Source: Phoronis australis
Lineage: Eukaryota; Animalia; Phoronida
DNA: 64,000 nucleotides
Direction of reading: 5' to 3'
NCBI GenBank assembly: GCA_002633005.1
Contig: NMRA01000126.1
Coordinates: forward strand, 605,883 to 669,882
The notes under the pieces were generated by a model. It had not been told where the DNA came from. It was given only the letters and a program-made list of their open reading frames with translations, and ran no database searches. Positions 30,001 through 41,100 of this stretch are shown piece after piece. Positions within the stretch are counted from its first letter, which is position 1; each line of letters opens with the position of its first letter. The position numbers and the translations under genes are program-made.

Positions 30001-30488
30001 GTAATCCTAGCTAATGACATCACTAAGATGATGAAGGAAGATGTATCGTCAGCACCATCTGAAGGTGTGTTTTTATGACATCATTTGTATCAGTGGTATT
30101 CAAAGTGTATACGTTTGGGTATTAAAAATATTGTTTGTTTCTTGTAAGTGATTTTGAAGTGTAGTCAGTTATGGTATTCAACACCAAGATTTCTATCTTT
30201 GTAGGAGTTTACGTTCATGGCTTATTCCTGGATGGTGCTGGATGGGATCGGCGCAATGCCCGCCTCGTTGAGCCTCCTGCCAAAGTCCTGTACTCACCCC
30301 TGCCAGTTGCCCATGTCTACGCCATTAACACTGAACGTCAGAAGACCAACACACTTTACGAGTGTCCTGTCTACAAGAAACCACAGCGAACCGATTTGAC
30401 CTACATCTTCCCGCTTTTCCTGAAAACTAACAAAGACCCAGATCACTGGATCCTGCGTGGTGTCGCTCTGTTGTGTGACACCAAATAG
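476..30488 (+). CDS. DNAH5/DNAH8: Axonemal outer-arm dynein heavy chain (DNAH5/DNAH8 family), 5'-truncated by the window; end of AAA1 to the C-terminus, 35 exons, about 2473 aa
   Basis: Exons with GT-AG ends and consistent phases: 476-610, 1306-1525, 1825-2012, 2475-2718, 3072-3349, 3846-3965, 4343-4483, 4962-5195, 5599-5841, 6446-6598, 7754-7988, 10360-10508, 10909-11063, 11735-11888, 12823-12987, 13480-13668, 14720-15373, 16078-16245, 16819-16956, 18279-18536, 18986-19180, 19649-19804, 20518-20700, 22128-22817, 23072-23239, 23772-23907, 24678-24817, 24973-25137, 25495-25689, 26174-26324, 26649-26917, 27250-27462, 28896-29024, 29938-30064, 30205-30488 (TAG). Motifs: HYDFGLRNI; P-loops GPTGAGKT (AAA2), GEPGTAKT (AAA3), GVGGSGKQ (AAA4); stalk coiled coil; [10 protein letters not shown] (AAA5); SMGQGQ (AAA6); C-terminus [13 protein letters not shown], like DNAH5/8. 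Confidence 0.96.
4071..4286. repeat. Intronic minisatellite, 44-bp unit (tatctcaacatgtggctattatacactctgttgttcattatggt), about 5 copies
   Basis: Near-identical head-to-tail copies; explains the repetitive spurious ORF 4083-4397. Confidence 0.9.
8172..8915 (+). mobile_element. Degenerate HINE/Helentron-like non-autonomous element (related shorter copy at about 9298-9668)
   Basis: Both copies start ttatgcacc(t/c)acata and end with ggtgc...catttca...tgctc(ta)cttgtt; they share internal blocks such as aaatttggcaaat and gccat(c/t)ta(t/a)tggtcatt. Confidence 0.4.
18874..18960. repeat. Minisatellite, 19-bp unit (acactgtgtctatctgcgt), about 4.5 copies, just upstream of a dynein acceptor site
   Basis: Directly visible tandem copies. 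Confidence 0.85.
19442..19544 (-). mobile_element. tRNA-derived SINE head
   Basis: Minus strand reads ggagacagtgTGGCCTACTGGgttg...ataGGTTCGAATCCcgc: A-box and B-box Pol III motifs at tRNA-like spacing, with no intact cloverleaf. Confidence 0.6.
20971..21013. repeat. (TA)n microsatellite
   Basis: Run of TA dinucleotides with one G interruption. Confidence 0.9.
21060..21574. mobile_element. hAT-like MITE with 13-bp TIRs (CAGGGCTTGGAAT...ATTCCAAGCCCTG)
   Basis: Perfect 13-bp terminal inverted repeat; CpG-rich interior with repeated ttccgcg subterminal motifs; ATTAAT on both flanks. Confidence 0.75.
27766..28647. mobile_element. Non-autonomous DNA element with a ~170-nt terminal hairpin and an internal tRNA-like segment (Crypton-like architecture, tentative)
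   Basis: Imperfect palindrome at 27764-27937; subterminal inverted repeat tttataccacatactgagcg / cgctaatattgtggtataat; flanked by the 13-bp direct repeat atgttagttacat (27753-27765 and 28648-28660). Confidence 0.65.
28478..28550 (+). pseudogene. tRNA-like Pol III promoter remnant inside the hairpin element
   Basis: A-box TGGTGTAGTGG and B-box GGTTCGACTCC; acceptor and anticodon stems do not pair. Confidence 0.55.
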
Positions 30489-31060
30489 GCAATGAGTGAA
30501 AAGCAAACAAGACCTGCTCAATATTAAGACAACTTTCTCTGTCATGTGATTGTACTTTGCTTCGTGATACCATGTTAAATTGTGATGAAAACAATTTCTT
30601 TTCTGCTCCTTTTTGTGATAATCGTGGCTTTGTGTGGCATTTATATCCCTATAGTAACATAATTACTTATTGTAATTACCATAATAGGCTTATGGCTTCG
30701 GTTATTAGCTGGTCCTAATACATGTGATGAAATTTTTGTAGCAGTTGCTGTTTTGTACCAAGTCATAATGGATCAAATAATCAAAATACTCAGACAATCT
30801 GTTTAAAACAATAAGACATTTCAAATGTGATAATTTCTAAAATGTTTTATTGTGTAGTGGTTTTAATTGAAAATGATCAAACAATTCAAAGTTTAGTTTA
30901 TGTCTGTGGTTTTGAGCAGGATCAGAATGTTTCTGTAAGATGAGATTTGAAAGATATTTTATGAAATTATTGATGAATATTTTTATTTATGTTTAAGTGA
31001 CAAGTTTGCTCATTCACTGCTGAACCATTAAATTTTTGTTGAGAATCAGTTTTTCCATGC

Positions 31061-31187
31061 CAAGTGCGGATCCAGACCTGTTGTGAACCCCGTCCTGCTC
31101 AGTTGTTAGCATTTCAGTAATATAGAAATCTCCAAGTGTCTCAGTGTTTGTTGAATACCTCTAGAAATCTTTCTAGGTCCGCACTTG
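31061..31187. mobile_element. Short PIF/Harbinger-like MITE in the presumed dynein 3' UTR
   Basis: Imperfect TIR caagtgcggatccaga / tctaggtccgcacttg. Confidence 0.5.
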
Positions 31188-31448
31188 TGTTAAATTGCTT
31201 TATTGAAAATTATTTCTTCCAATATATATACATATGTATTCAGTTTTGGTTGTTATGGTGATTCTGAATGTTTGTGAAATGCATAATATCAATGATGAAA
31301 ATATGTTCCATCGAGTGTGAAGCTTTTTGTGCATATTTTGGGATGTGGGTCCGAACCTTTGTCATGTTTGATTTTTGCATTATCTTAGAATGCTTTTGGT
31401 TTTATGTGTTGCAGTGTTTATTTAGGCGACAGGTTCTGTGTTAAAAAT

Positions 31449-31493
31449 AATAAAAGTGTGACTTTAAGTGTAATAAATACAATGTGAAATAAA
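31449..31493 (+). terminator. Cluster of three AATAAA polyadenylation signals, probable 3' end of the dynein mRNA
   Basis: AATAAA at 31449, 31472 and 31488, about 1 kb after the stop, followed by T-rich sequence. Confidence 0.45.
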
Positions 31494-32242
31494 GGACAAA
31501 CTTATTTTTATGTACCAGTTCCAGAAGGTTAAAATGCTTTGTAACAATATATTAATATATTTTTAGATTTATTCCCTTCTGACAAATAAGTTTGAAATGT
31601 TTCGTGAATATGGAAAGTGGAAATGCGATTTTGATGATTGAATTGTTCAAGGATTCTAAATTTGTCAGGCACATGGCAACACAAGAGACGCTAGGTGGCG
31701 CTTCACGTAAGCAAGGTATGAAGCGTTGCGCTACCGATCCCGTTATAAAATTCATACTCGTTGAAATACAGGTTACCTGGCTTATTTGGCATCCCTTAAT
31801 TCGATTACATGACCTTCCGTTTCAATGAAGAAATTTGAAATGAAGTCGTCATGTAGACTTCGTTTTGACTATACGCCTTGCGCATGTTCAGTTGATAGGT
31901 ACCACTAGTATTTACCCCTTCATGGTCAATTCTTCGTGACAAAATGTCTGCTTAGGAAACATTAACGAACACCTTCGGGAGATGCTGAAAATTTTTTTTA
32001 GTGTGAGGTTTAATTGCCCCATAGATCATAGACAACAGAATGTAATGTACCGTAGTTAATGGTTGCCTGCAACTTGGCATTTAGTCTTTGCAGCAGAATG
32101 CAACCTTTTTACTGGCCGCCGCCACTATTTTATCAGCGCAGGAACCGGATTCTTTCTGTTACGAAATATGGAGTAACTAGCTGCTACCCGTGCTTTTGCA
32201 CGTCACTCAGGCCATTAAGCCGACGGATTGACGTCACAAGTA

Positions 32243-32682
32243 GCGGGTTTTTCCGTAGATAAGCCCATGGGCGTGTATTCGGAAAATTAAAAATTTCAAG
32301 CATTTCAGTAACACCAAATAAACGCCCGGGCGATTATTCGGAAAGGGGGCGAGTAAACGGAATGTCATAGCCTCGGCTGATATGAAAATACCAGCGATTT
32401 TTTAGCATAAAACTGTTTTCTAAGTTTAAGTTAATAAATACATAGTTAGCCAACACTTTGTTCGTGTTTATAAATGATAATTGCTCCAAATAACTGAATT
32501 AGTGACTAAAAGGTGACGCTAAGAGGGATTTTAAGAGGACATTTTCCGAATAAACGCCCCACTCACCTGACACCAGAAGTTGTAACACCAAATAAACGCT
32601 CGTGGGCGTTTATTCGGCATAATTTTCCGAATAAACGTTCAAGGTTGTTTCATCAGGTGGGCTTATCTATGAAAAACCCTGG
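32243..32682. mobile_element. Tc1/mariner (pogo/Tigger-like) MITE
   Basis: Imperfect TIRs gcgggtttttccgtagataagcccat / gtgggcttatctatgaaaaaccctgg; TA on both flanks; repeated internal ccgaataaacgccc motifs in both orientations. Confidence 0.5.
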
Positions 32683-35122
32683 TACGAAACCGACCAGCCT
32701 CCCTGCTAAGTTATGGGCGAGAAAATGGCACAGGAGAAAAAAAGAACACTTGGAATCTAAATAAAGGCGAAGTACACTACCTGTGACAAAGGCGGTGCCG
32801 AAATGGGTGTGTAGTGGAGCAGAAGACAGACGGACTCCGTGTGAGCTTTCTCTTTGATATTATAGATATTTGGTACATTCATGACATTTTCAAAAACTGA
32901 CTGAAAGAAAGTCAACCATGACAGCTGGTTTATTTAGTAATATTTCCTCAACAAATAAAATATAGCAAGTTTTCCACTAAATCTTTATATTTTTGTAATG
33001 CGGAATTTGATGAAGCCGGAAAACTGTTTCTATAGTACAGCCCTAGCCCGTAACTGGTCATGCTTAAGTCGTCACTCAGATAGTTGTTGTCAAGCCCGGT
33101 GACGGATTAAGCAACGTAGCTTGAATTGGACGCAGTCACGTTTAGTAACCACACCCTCGTTACCAAGGATAACAGTTCGAAAATCAAACTTATCTTTAAA
33201 TATTTGGCCTAATTACCAACTCAAAAACACATTTTGCAAACCTCCACGATCGGGGGAGGCCCTGGCTTTGTTATTACGTAACTACGTTTTTCCGCAAAAC
33301 TGATTTTTCACGGTGATCACCGTAACTTCAGTCCACACTGAGAGAGGAATTTTAAGCATGAAGATTGCTGAATTTGTAAAAACAATAGCAGAAGACTGAA
33401 AACAGCAATGCATGATCTCCATTGTGATTGTGAAAGATATGCCCCCTACGTCATTAACTAATCAGAAAATTGTGTGCTTGAATTAAAGGCAAATCTCAAC
33501 TTGTATTTGTCAGTCTATTTTGTCGTCTTAGAAAGACCATTCGCTAGACTGTCTTTTATTTACATACAGTGAGTGAGCGGGAGGAATCCTAAGTATTAAC
33601 AACATAGCCACTGTCTGGATTGTGCCTTTAATACTTATCCAAAAGAGACGTCGTTTTGAACAAAAGGAATGCATGTTAACCTAGCATTTTGCCATGTATA
33701 GCTGGCTCAAAATGGAAATCGAAATAGCCGTTTTGCTCTCATGGAATCGGTCTCATAATACTCACCCTTAGGCTACCGCGATAAGATTTTATTTTCGTTG
33801 CCAACAAGAACATGGAAACCATCAGCTAACGTTACTGGGTTTCATTTGGCGTTGACAAACCCCAAAAATGTCAATTCGAAAATGGCTCATGTACACATTT
33901 CCCGCCGTAACTTGAGGGCCCATTCAACGTGGAAATGTGTTTGAACTCCAAGTACTTAGGTTTCGAATTCAAATGACAACTGAACAGCGGCGAAATGTCC
34001 CTGTTGAAATGTGTAATACGCGACGGTAACATTACATTACTAATCGACGTAGCAAATTTGACTCTTTCTTTTCAATCACTTGAAAATGATCAGAAAAAAA
34101 CAGCCCGAAAATCTACCATTTTCACTTACGACCGTGCATTATTCGTGAACTACTATGCAACTAGACAACAAAAAATACATCCACGTGGACAAAACAAAGC
34201 CCACTGCACAACACTAAGTTCTATACTGATAAAACGACGAAATTCGTTTTCTTTTTACGTCCAGGATGTAATCACCGAACTCAGACCGTGGTCTAAACTC
34301 AGCCAACCATGCCGCATCAGTTGAGTACAAATTTCTAAGTACTCGAAATGTGCCACACAATCGATCCATTATGGAGTTGTGGTCTAAATCCTGTACTCCA
34401 AACAGGACTCTAAAGCATAGCACTTTTTAAGTAAAAAATCCACTCAAATCATGCAACGTGATTGATTAAATTTCGAGTCTACGTTCGGAGATTAGACACT
34501 GAACCATGATCAACAAATTCTGTTGCTATGCACACATTATAAACACGATGTGAATGTATGTTATCTCTTAATTTATTTTCGATACCTGTAACAAACATAA
34601 CTTTATACAAACAATTTGCCGAACTTAATCGGCCGGTGCGTTTTGGACACCAGATCAATGAATATCAGACAGTACAGTACTGGCTTCCGTCGCGGTATTG
34701 AGCCATTTGAAGTCAACAAAAATGCTCCAACGTTGTCAAAGATAATGAAACGAGACAACATAGCTCATTGTGATCTCTTGTTCTAATATACAGATAGTCC
34801 TCAGATTTGTTCTAAGTCAGTGCTACCGCTATTTTAGTGGCAAAAGATATATTTACACAAACGTGTCATAAACATGTTAGGTTATAAATTATTGGAAAGC
34901 ACATACGTTACATATCCTGCTGTCGTCACTTTCACCCCCCCCCCAGCCAATCCGTACCTCTTTTGTCAGCCTTAACTGATTTTCGCCCGCGACACTGTAA
35001 TATGAAATGATTCGATGGGCAAGCCTTGCCCCCATTTTTAAAGCCCTGAATAGTGATTAGTTGAACTTATTTTATCATCTCATTTCATAAATATGCGGAA
35101 GTCTTAGCATTGAGACTGGGAC

Positions 35123-38100
35123 CTATGACAAGAGGTTGAGAGGTAAATCCGTCTGTTTTCTCATGTTTCCACGTATTGGCGGAAGTGTAATTCCACTGAG
35201 ATTGTTTAGAGGTGGAAGTGTGCCCGGATGCACTTGTCCCGCGGGATTCAGTGGGGAGAGTTTCTTTGACCGTCCGTGACTCTTTATATGCACAGAGTCG
35301 GCTCGGTTATGGGGAGCGTTCAAAAGTGTTTTGTTAGTGTCCGCTGGAATGCGCCTACGATCGATTCTAGCAGAACCTGGTCTGGCACTCGTAGGCCGCA
35401 GTGGCGGAGGTGTCACGGGGCGAGCCTCCATGTCCGGCTGAGACTCCAAGTCCGTATCTCCTTCGTCATCAGTCACAATATTTAACGAAGGCGATCGATC
35501 ACGATCTGGCGGTGGTAACAGTTTTTCAACGGGATCGTAGTAACGAACTTTGGCAGATCCTACTCGACTAGCCAAAGTACCATTTCCAGCAGCAAGCCTT
35601 TGGAGAGTTTGTTGGCTTGGTATTTGACCATATGTTTGGTTTTGCTGCGCCACAAATTCGTTTTCTATACTCGACGAGTCTTGGGGTCGCCTGGTTGACA
35701 GACGCTCTGTTTTGTGAAGAGTAGGCACCGCATGGTTAGTGCGCTTGTTCGACTGATGAACCATAGCAGGACTTGAATGTCGTGGGGTTTGGGGTCTTTG
35801 ACTTAAGGTACGCAACTTTCTCGTACGCGGCGATGGAGTTGGTGCCTTTGTCTGATACTTAGTTGCGGAAGGCGTAATCTTGTTGGCTGTTTTGTTTCGC
35901 TGATAGTGTCGATAGCCGCAGAAAATTGTAACGCACAATCCAACTATGAATATGATCCCTGCGACGGTTCCCCCAATGGATATCCCAATAACAGCTGAAA
36001 GTATTCAAAAGTGAATTAAGATTTACGTAGAACACTCAAAAGGAGTTACTCAATGAAAGATTGATATAGTTCATTATTTGGAGGCTTCTACATTTTCTAA
36101 ACAAGACACGCCAGCCAATCGAGCGCATGGTACTCATTTACCCTACAAATCAATGTAAGATATACAACGTTGGGTAATTAGTTCCAGCCACTCATAAAGA
36201 AGAGACAGGAATGGTTAAAAATTTGTTTTACATGTGTCAGTGGTTGTGAAAATAACTAGAATATGCATAAGCATTTTACGAATTGGAATGGAGTTTTTAG
36301 TACAGAGTCAACAATTTACGTACCAGTAACGTTTTCGGCCTTCACTCTGAGGCCTTTCTCAAACTAATGATGACGTGAGCGGCTGGGACGTGTAACGTTG
36401 TCCTGGCCGGGTGGGGACATCTGATGGATGCGGTTTCGTAACGCTTTAAGTAGGCATATCACTACCCTCTGAAACAGCGCCTATACTTTCGTAGTACTGT
36501 GAAAGAGCGTAGCGTATCATTGGGTTGTATGTTTGATAGAACGTACTGCTCAATGTCTCTATTCATGCAGGAGCCTTGTTTTAATGTGTAAACTTTACTT
36601 CTGGTATCCATCTAGTGCTTATGTTTGTGTCCCGGAACAAAATTTTGCCACTGTATCAATCGATGACATGATTAAACTGTATAGTATGATCAGTGACTGC
36701 CGAGCTGTGGTGTCGGACTCAGAAGTCTGCTTCCGGTTATGTGTACGTGTAGGGAACGGCGTTCCTCAGACTCCATATCATAATTTGGAAAGACGAATCC
36801 CGAGTTTCCTACCAGTCTCACAGATATAGATGCTATCACAGTTCGCGCAGAGTATCTGATAAACCACACAGGTGTTATCCTCAAATCAGGCTACGTTTGT
36901 CCTTGGCTTGCACAATAAAATTTCTGAGAGTCTTGACTGGTGTTGCAGCACTAGAAATGTTATAGAATTAAAAAACGCGGGCACTCTTCTGTGACACCTT
37001 TGAGGTGTAGTAAAACTACATTCCCGGTGGTGTCCTCCTTCGGCTTGCCTCTAACAGTTCTACGTCTATCTAATTTTCGAAATGGCAACTTGGGGTAACC
37101 GCAAACGACAAGACCATTCTCAATGTGCTGGCGCTCAGTGATTTTATCGAAGGGATCGAAACTACATTGTCACAGCTGTTAAAGGATACCTATAACTCCT
37201 AACTTTTGGTGTAACGAATAATGAGATGAGAAATTCAAATATTGGTCAGTATGAGACGTTTTCCGATACACCAGAAGTTTAACCGATCCATCGTGGCGTC
37301 ACTTCTGACAATAAGGGTGTCTAGAAAAGGGATAATACCATCCGATTTCATCTCGTACTATGTAAACTTAATGCTGCCCAATTTGTTTACCTGGTTCAGA
37401 TGGTACGTCTGTCAGACAATAGACTTGATCACTCCGCACAACCTCCAGGACATGGTCCACATAACGTTTCTACAGTCAGAGCCTTCAGTGGGGCACTGAC
37501 TAATTGGGCTTGTTTCTCCAAGTGCCCAACTAAAAAGATTGGCAAGGAGAGGAGAGACAGGGCTATCCATGGCTGTGCCAAACCTCCGCTGTCCATAATA
37601 CACATGCCTTGGTGAGCACAATATCCAAAAAACGTATAATGTCACTGACAGCAAGAAAGGTCCTCACGTGGAGACTAGTATCCTCGGCCATTCGTGACCG
37701 ATTGACTGATTGTGAACACTAAGACTGACCGCATCGTGCGAAATAAAAAGTATCTCCGTCCTAAACATATACCTGAGCAATGTCCTCCGCAAAGGAAATC
37801 GTATTGGGATTTTCCACATAAAAACAAGGCTCGTCCATGAATAGAGACATTGCGCAGTACGTTCTATTACACATATATAACCCAGTGATACTTAACGTTA
37901 CGAGACGTCCGTCAGACGACCCAACGCAGGATGACGTCACATGTCCCAGCCTCTCACATCATCATTACTTTGTGAAAAGCCTCATACTGAAGAGCGAAAA
38001 CGTTAACTAGGTACTAGTACGTAAATCGTTGACTGTGTATCAAGAACTTTATTGCAATTATATATCCAGTCAAATGAACCTGTTTGATCATACTACGAGT

Positions 38101-41100
38101 TGGTTACAAACCCCGAAATCTGTGACCTATCAATCAATTGAGATAAAAAGAAACCATTTTACCCCATGATGTGACTCAAAAGGTTAGGTAGTATAAAATA
38201 TGAACCAATGGCGTCAGATATTTTCTTCATTGTGGTTGGATGTAACCTGAAATTGCTTAGACATGTGGCACACGGAGTGGGCTCCATTAAGTTCTGGTAA
38301 CGGTTAGGCAGATTCTAACCATTGGAACTCAGGACACAAAGTGAACGTTTAACGAAACAAGATCAACAGCACTTGTTGACACATTCATTCCTTACTTTCA
38401 GTGTTAAGACCACTTGCAGCTGTGGTCACAGCTTCTTCTACCACCGCCCACTCCAGGCGAAACCCGTTGAACCGTAAAAATCCATCGGTGTGGAAATATA
38501 CACGGGCAACGTGGGTGTTGGTCGTCACACCATCCGGGATACCGTCTTCAGAATACTTCCGCAGACTTGTTGAAATGTTTTGTAAGAAATCCATAATCTA
38601 TAAATTAGAAAACACGTCTAGGTTAGGCCTATGTACCGTATCTCGCCGAGATTAATCGTCTAGAAAAAGTCGATTTTTGCAGGACGTCAATAACTAGTTC
38701 ACCAATCAAAACGTGACTTGCGATTGTTGATGCTATCGGATGTGTAAATGTAAACGGATTGGAAACGCACGTACCAAACAATTTCCGTGCTGGCAAGTGC
38801 ACGAACTCCATTGACTAAGGCCTACACGGGAAGGTAGCCTACTCAACATAGCATACGATCACATTTTTAAGCATTGAGACTATTTTGGTTTAACTGTTGT
38901 ACGGCGTTGCGCATTTTTCTTCAAATGTTGCGACAGTCAAACTGTTATTAACGATTAGTACGTCGGGAGAAAGTAGCCCATGACCGCTACTCTCTAATAG
39001 ATAGGGGGCACCAGCTGAGAGGTTTATACTTATTAGGGTTAAGGGTAAAACAGCGTCAAGACCGAATAAGTGTTTCAAGTCTACTTCATCAGTGGCCACA
39101 ATTTTAGAAAAAAGAAAGGAAAATATTAAGACGGACGCCGGGCCTATTGATACGATCTATAGCAAGAGGAAAACCCGTAGGGTATGCTACCTAGTATCAG
39201 TAACTGAAACCCAACCAGAGGTAACTGTGTTACATCTTTAACTACCCGCGCTGCTCGGTGGGCTGCACGTGGCTAGGTCTACATACTCCCTCCATATATG
39301 CGTCTCGTGGGTTTTGGCTTCGCAGGAGGTCTAATTCTTTTCCAGTATCCTTTTACACAGGCCAAGTGTAGTACAAAATGAATCCATAGGTCTATCATAA
39401 TTTCAAAACGCTAAATTTAAACTGCATAACGGACATGCGACATCACGCGTTTCAAAACAGTCGCTTGCCCTGACAGGGAGGGTTAACCTGAAAATCAAGT
39501 ATCCAAAGAGAACTTATAAGACGATTTGAGCAACAGGGACTGGTAGATATAGACATTGGCAAATCATCGGTGTACAAGACTACAAATGAATTAGTCTTCA
39601 TAAAACGGAACATGTCGGTCACATCACGTAGTCTATAATCAAGCCTCAAAAGATCTCATTGCTGACCGGGTTTCGAACCTGCATACCATAAATAGAGTAC
39701 AAGCACTGCGCGATTAGGGCTGGCATGACACCTAGACCCACCACCCTTACAATTCACCCAATATTTAATATTGTTCCTTAAGCATTCAGAAATTGATGAC
39801 AATAATATATTATTGAGACATCGTGACCACTTAACGGTCCATTACCCGCATTAACAGTGGTGACACTAAACTGTCAATTAAGGTAATCTATCAACTGATA
39901 TATAATTGAAATGTTAAATCTCCAATGTTTTTATATACCATTCATTCTCAAAACGTAACACTGCAAGTTAACGATACAATCGGTACCAGCACATGCCATT
40001 CACAAGGTACAGGTTCCCCAAGACTTACCATAAAATAAGCAGTGTGCTATGCATGCTAGGTGAATGGATGTAAGTTAGGCAGAAAAGACTCTCATGGTGT
40101 CCGAAGTTCTTGGAGTTCAAATAGCACGCGTCCTGTAGATGCAAGAACCTCGCAAAAGCGAAACGTCACGGAAGATTTCGCGAGATATCGCCACGCAAGC
40201 GAAGCACATGGCCACTCTAGTTTCCTTCGTGAGATTCTTGCATCTACCGAACTCAGAGAAATGATGAAGTGTATTTTAAAACATACTTTTTAGTTACAAA
40301 GCTTATTTTCAAATAATTTATGAAAACATTTAAATTTAAGTAATTTTTGAAAATCGTTATATTTAGGATGTACTAAAACCAATTGACTAGTCTACGTTTT
40401 TATATTTTTTTTAAAGGGATACCAAAAAGTATTTTTCTAAGTGGAGTTCGGAGTTTATCTTCGTTGACAACAAGCTCAAATCAGAATAGTTCTACAATGA
40501 GGTATTTGACGATATTGATTTCAAATTACAAAACGCACAGAACTCAGACCCAACATATCTAATTTCAAACATCCAATGAGGATTCTAGTTATCTACTCTG
40601 TCCACTGAGTACTGCAACAACCGTCGTGAGCAAAGCTGATGATGATAATAATGCAGTCGAACACGTGCGTTACGATGAACATGGTTCGTAACATGCGCTC
40701 TCTCATGTTCCATTACACAAGTCCCGTTTTTACACAATACGTACCCTTTCTGCACTTCGTTTTCAACTATCACATGGTTAAAATGTCCCAGTTTCAATGT
40801 CTTAGGCCCAGCGTAAACAATGAGCTTTAAGTTGGCTGCCTCAAATGAAAGATAGCTGAGATGACGCCAAGACGAGAACAATTAAATGAACTAGCGGCTG
40901 GTATTTTCGGACCTTAACTTGAGCAGTCACCTCATCGTTCACCAAGCCTGTCAGTTGAGTTTGTAGCTCTTCGTCTGGGTTGGCTCTTACATTGGGTACC
41001 TTCACCGACTTGACAGCAATTCAGTGCAAGCGTGTCTCAAGAAAATAGATTGTACACGCAGCAAAAAGCAATGGACTAGACTACTTCCTTGAGACTAGTC

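Noticed and set aside
476-30488. Non-canonical splice sites, in-frame stops or recoding in the dynein gene
   Set aside because: All 34 reconstructed introns are GT-AG with consistent phases, and I noticed no in-frame stops in the exons.
33480-34460. Short sequence blocks shared with 40080-40860 (tttgaactccaag, ttcgttg(a/c)caacaag)
   Set aside because: Likely old copies of one DNA-transposon family, but I could not define termini or a TSD by eye.
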